64,000 bases of DNA, from the NCBI GenBank assembly GCA_977020255.1, contig CDROCS010000817.1, forward strand, positions 434,001 to 498,000, read 5' to 3'. The stretch comes from Obrimoposthia wandeli. Lineage: Eukaryota. Below are positions 12,231 through 22,549 of this stretch, piece by piece. Position 1 is the stretch's first letter. Each line of letters starts with the position of its first letter. Below the pieces are notes generated by a model, which was not told the origin of the DNA, made no database searches, and saw nothing but the letters and a program-made list of their open reading frames with translations. The translations under genes were made by a program, and so were the position numbers.

Positions 12231-13249
12231 ATTTTCGAATGTCTAGTAAACAAAATTAAATAACTCGAAAAAACATTTACTATTCGAAATAATAAACTTA
12301 ATAGTACTTTATATTTGAAATTTATGTTATATGCAGTGGGCGGGGTACAGCTACTAACTTTATAATTAAAATATTTTTATAGTTTAAGGTTAAAATCACT
12401 TGATAAAAACCACAATAATGTGATAAAGAATATTATTTAACATATAAAATGAATTTTTGAAGAAATAAATTGAATATTCATATTATATTAATAAGACAAT
12501 GGCAAAAATATCAAGTAATTAAAAAAAATTGTTGTTGAGTTAATTTACTAAATTTGTATATATATATAAAAACAGTTTCGAATAGTTAAAAAGAGAAACG
12601 AATAATGATAATTTTAATTATATTTACGAATATAATTGTATAATCAAGTTATTTAAAAATAAAGAATTTAAATTAAACTAATTATTTTAAAATATTTCAA
12701 TTAAGGAATTTTATCAAACGAGATAAGACATTTTAATTATTCAAATTCATTATTATATTTACTAATTTTCATTCATAATTGGCATTCGTACTTGCATATT
12801 GCGTATTCTTTCTTACTTGTACTTGACCCTGCATTCAATCATACTTGCATTCATTTGCATTCAATCTAACTGTAATTTATTCAAACTATCTTTCAAATAC
12901 ATTCAAATATATTAATATTTTACTAATTTTCATTCATACTATCAAATTTGGTGTTGTTTTCTATTAATCTTGCCATAACTTAGTCGTTCTAATTTTTTAA
13001 CATACTTCAATATCACTGCTTCCTATAGTTGCTTACTTGTTATTAATCTAACTGTAACTTAACATAACTTTATTCATACTAAAACTCTATTTTAATTTAT
13101 TTCTAGTCTAAATTACACTCTCATTCAATCAAACTATCGACACTCTTATTTTCACTGTCACTCATTCATAGTTTTATATTTACTTGCTGAAACTCTTACT
13201 CGTATTTGCATTCACTTGAATGTATACTTGTATTCATTTACATTCAATC

Positions 13250-13900
13250 TAACTATAATTTATTCAACGAAAACTCTATTTTAATTTACTTATAGTCTAA
13301 ATTACACTTGCATTCAATCAAACTCTCGACACTCTTATTTTTTAAATTACATTCACTTGCTAAGACACTTACTTGTATTGAAATTCATACTAGCATTCAC
13401 TTGCATTCATACTTGCATTCAATCTAACTATAATTTATTCAACGAAAACTCTATTTTAATTTACTTATAGTCTAAATTACACTTGCATTCAATCAAACTA
13501 TCGACACTCTTATTTTTAAATTACATTCACTTGCTAAGACACTTACTTGTATTGAAATTCATACTATCAATCACTTGCATTCATACTCGCATTCAATCTA
13601 ACTATAATTTATTCAACGAAAACTCTATTTTAATTTACTTATAGTCTAAATTACACTTGCATTCAATCAAACTCTCGACACTCTTATTTTTAAAATTACA
13701 TTCACTTGCTAAGACACTTACTTGTATTGAAATTCATACTATCATTCACTTGCATTCATACTTGCATTCAATCTAACTATAATTTATTCAACGAAAACTC
13801 TATTTTAATTTACTTATAGTCTAAATTACACTTGCATTCAATCAAACTATCGACACTCTTATTTTAAAATTACATTCACTTGCTAAGACTCTTACTTGTA
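13250..13900. repeat. Inverted copy of the 175-bp array, about 4 units (right arm)
   Basis: Reverse complement of the 8160-10030 unit. Confidence 0.9.
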
Positions 13901-15292
13901 AATGACATTCATACTTGCATGCATAATTTTATTCATTTACATTCATTCTACCTCTCATTTATTCAAACTCTCATTCAAATATTCAAATAAATTAATATTT
14001 TTAATAATTTTCTATTAATTCCGTTGTAACTTAGTCGTTGAAACGAAAAGAATGTATAAAGAATGGACTTTCTTACTTTGTAAATGTTATTCACTTAAGT
14101 TTGAAGATGATATTATGAAATTACATAATAAATGTGTTTAATTTTGTATTATTCTCTGACTTCTTTCTTATTTTATTTTTTATTTTAATATATAATTGAA
14201 GTTATTTAAAGAAATTTTATCATAATTCTATAAATGTGTAAGCCTAGGAAAAACTTTGATCTAAATTTCACATAAAATAGTATGTGTGTGATTACGTAAT
14301 ACATTCATTAACTGATAAGAGTGAACTTTAGTTTAAATTTCACATAAATAGTGTATGTGTGTGTTAAAAACCACATTTCTTAACTGATAAGAGTGAACTT
14401 TATCCTAAATTTTCATTATGGACTATATCACAAAAAAGAAGGGTGGAGACTAAGCCACTTGATCCTTTGAATTAGTAGTTAGCCAAAAAGAAAGGTGGAG
14501 ACTAGACCACAAAAAGAAGGGTGGAGACTAGATCACAAAAAGAAGGGTGGAGACTAGATCACAAAAAGAAGGGTGGAGACTAGATCACAAAAAGAAGGGT
14601 GGAGACTAAGCCACTTGATCCTTTCATAGTGGTATATCACAAAAAGAAGGGTGGAGACTAAGCCACTTGACCCTTTCATAGTGGTATATCTCAAAAAGAA
14701 GGGTGGAGACTAAGCCACTTGACCCTTTAATCTATGGACGACCACAGTGGTATATCAAAGAAGGATGGAGTCTAAGCCACTTGACCCCCCCTATCCTTCC
14801 CCTCCCCTCCCCTCCCGCCTCCCCCTAAAGGGTGTGACACCCTTTAGGGGGGGGTCAAGTGGCTTAGACTCCATCCTTCTACCTACTTATGTGCTACGAA
14901 TGATAGTCTATCAATTTCAAATATGGCCTTAAAATCCTCCGACAATGTAGTATCAATAGGATAATTTTGCATAGACCCAACGAGCTATTCTTTTTTAATA
15001 TCTGTAATATCTTGATTTGATATTGAATCAAACCATGTTGACGTTGATACCATGAACTTCTCTGGTGTTGCAAGAGAAGTAGAACTATTGCTTCAGGCTC
15101 TTTTTCTGAATTCATTTGAAATTTCTTTAAATTTTCAGCCAGTCGAGTTGAACTTGCTGCTGTTAGTTCCTTTATGCAAGATTTTAAACAAATATTATAT
15201 TCTTTCAATTAAAAAAATCGTTTTTTCGTTTTTTATTGTTGTTTTTTTCATCACTAATCCACCATGAAGTAATTTTATTTATAATAATTTAC

Positions 15293-15630
15293 ATGTATAA
15301 TTAGTACAAGACAGATTTCAAAAATTGGTACGGACCTGCTCGACTCAAAATTCAAAGATGTATACACTCTGGATAAACTTCCTACATTGTTAGAGAGAGG
15401 ATATGTTGTAAATACTCATATATCAAATCTACCAGGAGAACATCGGATTGTGCTATTTTTTACCAAGCATAGAATTCATGTGTTTGATCCATTGGGGGTA
15501 TACTATCCGTCAAAATGAGTTAAACATGTAGAAAATCATTCCAACAAATATATATTTTACAAGAATCAAGCACAACATCTATTAACTAATAATTGTGGAC
15601 CTTTATTTGTATTGTGGTTATACTTACAAT
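15293..15630 (+). pseudogene. Polinton/Maverick adenain-like cysteine protease
   Basis: DVYTLDKLP..YVVNTHISNLPGEHRIVLF..HVFDPLG..NQAQHLLTNNCG retains the His, Asp, Gln and Cys catalytic positions; one internal stop and a 5' frameshift. Confidence 0.85.
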
Positions 15631-16191
15631 AATAATAAATGTTTTAATAAAATTTGATTATGTTTTTATATTCTAAAGTTATTCATTGAGTTTACTATTC
15701 TCCCTTTAAAAATAATTATTCTAAAAATTTGAAAATTATAATTTTAAATTAAAAAGTTTTATTTTCTATTAAATACTTTTTAAAACCATAAAATTAATTT
15801 TTATAATGGATTTTTATATTTAATACAAATTAAATTACAAAGTTTCAAAAATTCTAATTTTTAAACTTTGCCAGCGTAATAAGTTGGTACAAAAACACGC
15901 TCCTATATATATAAACCTTCTCCAGTCTGAAGTTTGTTTATATTTTGAGCTATATATTATCAAATTTATTGAAGCTACCGAATATATCATTCAAGATACA
16001 AAAAGTTATTATCAATCAAAAGTTATTGAAGCTATCAAAAGTTATTTATGATACAGAAATTTATTGACAATCAAAAGTTATCGAAGTTCCCTGAAGTTAT
16101 TCAAACTACAGAATGTGACCATTTTTATTAGTATATCTTTGTGTCTTTATTTTTTGGGTCTATAAATTTTAAAATAAAATTTATCTGATAT

Positions 16192-16264
16192 ATCTTGAGA
16201 CAGTGGCCCGGTCCAAAAGGATGCAAGGCGGCCTAGCTGCGAAAGCAGACCTCGAGATTTTTTT
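16192..16264 (+). ncRNA. Candidate small structured RNA or DNA element (GC-rich multi-stem island ending in T7)
   Basis: Closing stem ATCTTGAG/CTCGAGAT encloses GTCC-AAAA-GGAT and CTGC-GAAA-GCAG hairpins, followed by TTTTTTT; family not recognised. Confidence 0.25.
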
Positions 16265-16656
16265 AACATAATATCAGCAAAAAAATTATAAAATTTAAAT
16301 AATAATAAACGTAGTGTAATTCCACCATTTAAAAATTAATCGGTAGTTTCTAACTCTCCAATAACACATTTAGCCGTCAATACAGATGATGGGCATGCTA
16401 CTAAACTACATAAAAATTATAAACATAATTATTGTACAAATAACAATCATGACAATATCGATGTTAAGATGGAACAATATTTTATTTTAAAAACGGATAC
16501 GTTTGCCCTGAATGTAATATTTTATATTTTTATATGGTGTACATGGATTTTTTTACAATTTATAAATCACATTTAATCGAATTATAAGCATAAACTTCAT
16601 GTTACTGATGTTTTTCAGATAAATAAGTATATATTAAAGATATTATTTCACCTAAA

Positions 16657-17013
16657 ATGTTTTGTTTTGAATTACCATCAAATAGTTTCGAGTTGAATCC
16701 ATGTATTAACAGTGATCCGATGATTGCAGATTCATTCATTTTACCTGGTGAACCATTAGATTTATCTCTAAATAGTAAATATCAACCTCTCTCTGATTTA
16801 GAATTCGATATGTGTAGAGATCTCAATGATCCATTTAATAATCAGCAAATCAATGAATCAGTATATGAAACACTATTTGATATTTTCAATGAACCTTACA
16901 ACTTACATATAAACGAATTTATAGATGAGATGGATGTTTTCAATTTGGTTAAAAACGAATTGATAATACCTTCTGATGATGATACAATACTTGAATTGAT
17001 GTTTAGACTATAG
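16657..17013 (+). CDS. Acidic 118-aa ORF of unknown function within the Polinton relic
   Basis: Open ATG-initiated frame directly upstream of and co-oriented with the pPolB fragment; no recognisable motif. Confidence 0.3.
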   Translation: MFCFELPSNSFELNPCINSDPMIADSFILPGEPLDLSLNSKYQPLSDLEFDMCRDLNDPFNNQQINESVYETLFDIFNEPYNLHINEFIDEMDVFNLVKNELIIPSDDDTILELMFRL

Positions 17014-17049
17014 TTTTGATGAGTTAAACTCACCAAAAATAAATCAAGT

Positions 17050-17500
17050 AGAAAGTAGTGTTCAATCAGATCTTATTTTCGATGTTAGCACATCTAATTT
17101 ATATAAAGTTGAAGTAATTGAGTCTATGAAAACTGATTTACTCAATAAAATAGAATCATTTAGTAGTTGTAAGATTCAATTTGTTGTTAGTGTTCAGTTT
17201 GTTGATGTTAACGAAACTGAAAAGATTTTGTGTATAAGTTGTAAGGGTCGACAGTGTGATGATGAATTTATTAAATTTACTTGTGATAAAATAAATAGTT
17301 ATATTCAAAATTATTCAGAGCAAAGTAGTGCTTGGGTTGTACAGAACATTTTGCAAATTAGTTCTAAATTTACAGCTTTCTCATCTATAACTGGTTCATG
17401 TTAATTTTAACACCAAATACCTTGGAATTAAATGGCGCAACAGTTAATATTCAAAACAATGATAATAAATGTTTTTATATGTCAATCATGAATCTGAACA
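17050..17500 (+). pseudogene. N-terminal fragment of a Polinton-type protein-primed DNA polymerase B
   Basis: KIQFVVSVQF..YSEQSSAWVVQNILQI..SITGSC..ATVNIQNNDNKCF matches the GSGW..GSSYIxLP..INIQNxDxxCF region typical of pPolB N-termini; truncated by LTR-like sequence. Confidence 0.72.
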
Positions 17501-17570
17501 TATTTCAACTGGAAAGTTTCGGTTTCATTACAAAAAATATTTAATCAGTAGCAATGGCCATATATCACGT

Positions 17571-19025
17571 TGTGATAGATTAGAAAAAATTAAATTAAAT
17601 AAATAACATGGTATTTATAGTGAATAAGTGCCCTTCAAAAAATAAAAAGGTTAACAAAATGAAAAAAAATGAAAATATAAATAAATATTACATAAAAATT
17701 TTGAAGACCTTAGAAAACCTTGAAGATTAAGAAGTGAGTATATAAGTAAGTAAAAGTGTAAAACTAAACCGTAGAAGATTTATAAAAAAGAAATAGTAAA
17801 AATATTAAAGTAGTGGAATTTGAACAAGAATTCTATAATACATGTAGAAAGTACCAGAAACACAATATATCGTTCGCTGCAGAAATTGCACATCCAGCTA
17901 TATCAAGTTCAAAAAATTCTACATAACACAATTGCAGAAAGAAGATCTGATTGAATTCCCGCATTTTTGCAGCAGCGGCCTTCCATTAATTCTAGTCGGT
18001 TATAAGGTAAGACTATTTAAACAAGGACATTTAATTTATCTTACACCAAAATACTAGTAATCAAATTAGCCGAAAAAGATACCGGAACGAGCGTTAAAAT
18101 CAAATCAGATTAGAGGAACAGAACTCGACGGGAAAAATCGAATGTGAAGAAATACATTTTCAAGATCGAAACGAACATCCAGAAGGAATTCCTCATGTGC
18201 AGTCGTTTTGTCCGAAGAATTCGGTACCGGGATAAGCAGACGAAACGGAGCCGTGATACTGTCCTTGGAGATAGGAACATTGCGATCACGAGAGACGTTA
18301 CCGGGCCAGATTTACCAAATAAATCTGTGAGAAGATGTAAAAGAAGTTGTTAAAAAGTGAAAGTTTATCAAAGTTATATTGTTTGAGCTTGTAAAAGTTA
18401 TATTTCGTTGCAGTAAAGCTTATCAAAGTTTTATTGTTAAAATAAAAAAATTTAAAGCTCACTAACAGGACTGCGGGAGTAAAAGTGTCAACCTATATGC
18501 CGGAAGTTTCGTAGTATCACCACTGTTTTATTGATATATCTTATAAGTTAGTAAAAATAATGTAGTAGTTAAATATACAGATGAATTTCGTGATTAAAAG
18601 AAAGTGCCCTACTCGAGTCATCTCACTAACGTGTAGGTTTGCCATGAGTTAAATCATGTATTTGGTGTTCCAAGCTCTGGTACGTTCAGAGAGGCATCAC
18701 TATCATTGTTTGGCTTTGGCTCAGTTTCTATTGATTTATGTTTTGGTTTCAACAGACCCTTTTCCGAAATAAACACTAAACAACCGGTTAACCACCCTAA
18801 GCTTACATCACACAACACTAGTTTTAAAGTCCCTTCTAGTTATACTAAACAAAACTCCTTGAATATACCACAAAACAATAGACATAGAACCTTCAGACTT
18901 GAGACACGAACATAGAAGAATAAGAATATGTAGGCCACATCCATCTGTAAGCCCTATCGCTACAGATTTTACGTTGGGGCCTCCATACGAGGATCTAATA
19001 AGAGTTTCAATTAGAAACTCCACCA
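17571..19025 (+). mobile_element. Diverged LTR relic (LTR-E) related to the gag-fusogen family
   Basis: 3' end TAGGCCACATCC..ACGTTGGGGCCTCC..GAGGATCT..AGAAACTCCACCA parallels the family LTR end; TATA-like TTATAAGG near 18000; no TSD found, 5' boundary tentative. Confidence 0.55.
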
Positions 19026-19109
19026 ATTTCATAATTCATAATGGTATTTCCATTCTTGAATTCGTAACATTTCATAATTCGTAATCGTATTTTCATTCTT
19101 ACATTAGCA

Positions 19110-19980
19110 ACAATATTTTCCCCTATTCAATCTACTAAGGATTTGGAGCACAATTTACAAACGAGAAACGAGGCTCCACATAAGTTCACAAACACGAATT
19201 ATTATAAGAAGCACAGAAAATGCAAGAGGGCAAGCGGAGGATCATAGTCGAGGACAAGCGAAAATACAAGCCGAATTAATAACAGTGAGAAATAGCATAA
19301 TACATTTTAATTACTATTTACAATAAATTATCAAACATTGCAGTAAAAAGCATATTTTGTAGAAATAACCCATTAGAACCAGTAAAGTAAATAGCATATT
19401 TTGTGAAAGCAATAAGCTATTGGAAGTAAATTTTGAATCAAAATCAAAAGTTGTTAGACTTAAGAAATAGGAGTGTCGCCGTTAAAGGTTGTTTGTAGAG
19501 TTCTCTAGGTGAGAATTTATAACCGTCTTGTAATAATAATATATCGTTTAAACTAAATCCGAAGGCTTAGCATAAGATTTTTAAGGGAACCACTCACGAC
19601 TCCAGATAGGTCAACGTAAACTGTTAACAACTACGATAACAGCACAAGGCCGAAAATCAACCACTAAGTACTGGCATATTAAGAGAGTTATCGTTGACAC
19701 TGATTGAATCTGGCTTGATTTTGCTTATTTCTGGTCTTCGCTTGGCCAGACTATTTTTAATTTAAAATAAAATTCGGCTTAACCGACTTATTGATTCAGT
19801 CCCCCGCCACACAACGATAGTTTTAGGGACTTTTACGGTATCCTATACACAAATCTTTAACACATCACAAAACCTTCAGATATTAAATAAGTAGGCCACA
19901 TCCAAATGTAAGCCCTATCGCTACAGAACTCACATTGGAGGCCTCCGTATGAGGATTCTAAGTTTAAAGAAACCCCTGAC
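19110..19980 (+). mobile_element. Partial diverged LTR relic (LTR-F)
   Basis: ACCTTCAGAT..AAGTAGGCCACATCC..GGCCTCC..GAGGAT..AGAAACCCCTGACA end motif; 5' part not identified. Confidence 0.5.
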
Positions 19981-20477
19981 AATTGTATTTTTATGAATGT
20001 CATCAAATCCTGGATCTTTTACTGCACAAACTTGGAGATTTAATTTCTGCTGATTCAAAACAGGAGCTGTTTCAAAACGCTTCACCATATACATATTCTT
20101 AAACAATTAGAATAGGACGTTTATGTTAGTGAACTAACTCTAAAATAAGAATGAAAGTTTCAATATTTGATATTTTCTTTTCTGCTATCAAAATGTACAT
20201 TCATAAACATCGACATTTATTATACATTATTTCTTTTCAAATCTAACAACTCTGACTGACTGACAATAAAATTGATTCTGACAGAAATTTCCTTCAACCA
20301 TCTGACTGCATAACTATGTTAGGAATTTTTAAAGTATTTAAAACAATTTTTAAATAAATTAAAATAATATAAATTAAATTAAATTAAATTAATTAATATA
20401 TAAAAATTTCCTTAATAAGAGAAATATTTTTGCAATTAAAATCTTTATGCACTGGCATTTTTATTATCTCTTGTTCA

Positions 20478-20620
20478 ATCCCCGACCGGCTTAACCGGGC
20501 TCATCTGGGAGATGGCATACTTATATTTGACTTCGCGGTGGGCAATTGCCCACGAAGTCAGAGATAAGAAGGGAAGATTCTTCCTTTATCATGTGCCGAC
20601 GACTATCGTCGACACATGGT
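20478..20620 (+). other. Multi-hairpin element, copy 1
   Basis: Consecutive stem-loops at 20521-20567, 20569-20586 and 20591-20617; diverged homolog at 56465-56645 on the minus strand. Confidence 0.6.
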
Positions 20621-22549
20621 ATTAATGTGCACTTATGCACAAAACACACACATATAAATATAAAATCAAAACACACACACTCGTACTCACTTACTCACTT
20701 TCACTCTTCTTTCATCCTCACTACTCATCTTTTCTCATACTCTATTCACGCACTCACTCACTTCTCAGTATGCTCACACACTCACTCTATATTGTGTGTA
20801 TGTGTCTACAGTATAATTTGGGCAGATCTTCCTCGCTGCCACTCGGAAATCCTTTTTCCATCTTGTCAGTTTGTCGGTATGACGACATTCCGTGCTACTG
20901 TCGACTGTCAGATGGTGTCATGCAGGCAGAGATTCTGTACAAGTAGCCAGAACAGTGTGTGTGCAGCAGTTAGATATTTAAGCTACACACTACTTGTTAT
21001 TTGGCATTAGTATTATTATTAAAAATTTATATTTCTGCTGTTCAAAGAAAATTGATAGCATTACCGAAGAATTAACATTGAATTTTTAGATTTTTAGGAC
21101 ATTGGATTTGTGATTTTTGATTTTGGAAACTGAAAGCGACAATTGAGTAACCCGAATTATCAATTTACCTACTAAATTAACAACTATGATTGCAATATCG
21201 ATAACATCCCCACTTGTACTATTCATTCATGACTGGCTATTATATACCCAGACACTCACTCACAATCACACATGTACGCTTGTGCAATTACATAGCTCAA
21301 TATTTTTTTTCTTTTTCGGCTCTATTGGCCAATTCACTTTGAAAGCTAATTGCTGATTAAGCAAAACTTGCTTAATCGGGAATAAGGCATCAACAATATT
21401 AATAAACAAACAATTTGAGCGTACAACATCTGCACATTGTCCCTATGAATCTTGGAAAACATTGTTTACATGAATGGTAGCTTGCACATCCATGCTTTGA
21501 CAATTTGTATATTTTCATGAATTTTCAGCTTTATGCATTCAAAGATTGTTCTAGAGTAAGGGCTTCTTTTTTAGCAGCACCGTACGGATTTATTTTCTCT
21601 TTGGCGGAAACTTTATTTTATTTACAATACTGATGTTCTTGTTTATGAATTTATGCTGATCAAATTAAGTTAAATATTTTTTCTAAACATATACTTACGG
21701 AATCTTTGCAACTTCAAATACACTGTTTTCTTTAATATATTATGTGTAAAATTTATAGTGTTCATGGCGTAAATTCATAAAATAAATGAAATAAATTGAA
21801 CTATTTTATTATATATATATATTGTTATATTGTTATGTGTTGTGATTTGTTTACCTTAAATCCTCTCTTTAATTATTGTAGTTTTATTATTTATGATGTT
21901 TTTATTTTTCTAATTATTATGTCGATTGGGATCATCGATTTTTTAATTAACATACGATGATGGTTTAATTCAATTAGTAGCCTCGCTACAAAGTTGAATT
22001 TTAAAAAAAGTTAATAATTTGAAATTTGAAATAAATCAATTGTTGTGACTTCGTCTTTTTTATTAAAAGACCATCAAGTTACCACTCTAACTCAACTCAA
22101 TTGAACTTCAATACAATATATAAATATAATGTATATTTCTTGATATAACTCAAATTTCTTATTTTTTTATATGAATTTATATTTAATTTAAAGTTTTAAA
22201 TAACTTTTAAATAAGTTTTTATAAATAATCTATACAAATTATTAAATAATGTTCTAATTTTATTAATCTTAATATTGATAATAATTACTCAGTTTCCAAT
22301 TTTTTTAACAATTAAATTTATAAATTTTTAAAATTAAATAAAATCTTATATAAATTTATACAGATTTTAAAACCAAAACTTTTCTGGAGGTAAAAGTTTC
22401 GAGTGGAATTTGTAATAATTCTGAAAAATTTCCAGTAATTTGACTTTTAACAAATTCAATTGTTTCATATGACTAATCAAATTTTAACCTAACCTAAATA
22501 ATATTAATTAATTCATTGTCAAGTTAAATTCTTGGGTACAAATATTTTC

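Larger units (their letters stand above)
7028..14887. mobile_element. Non-autonomous, non-coding foldback element with Maverick/Polinton-type ends (7860 bp)
   Basis: Termini AGTAGGTAGAAGG..CCTTCTACCTACT; 6-bp duplication TATGTG (7022-7027, 14888-14893). Arms 7028-~10995 and ~12283-14887 are near-perfect inverted copies around a ~1.3-kb spacer; no credible ORF. Confidence 0.85.

Noticed and set aside
16205-16235. CCGGTCCAAAAGG resembling the twister ribozyme core
   Set aside because: Other conserved twister nucleotides and pseudoknot pairings could not be placed; no hammerhead CTGATGA/GAAA pair either.
20516-20530. ATACTTA resembling the U1 snRNA 5' end
   Set aside because: The following sequence lacks U1 stems and the Sm site, and the homologous copy at 56.6 kb does not keep it.
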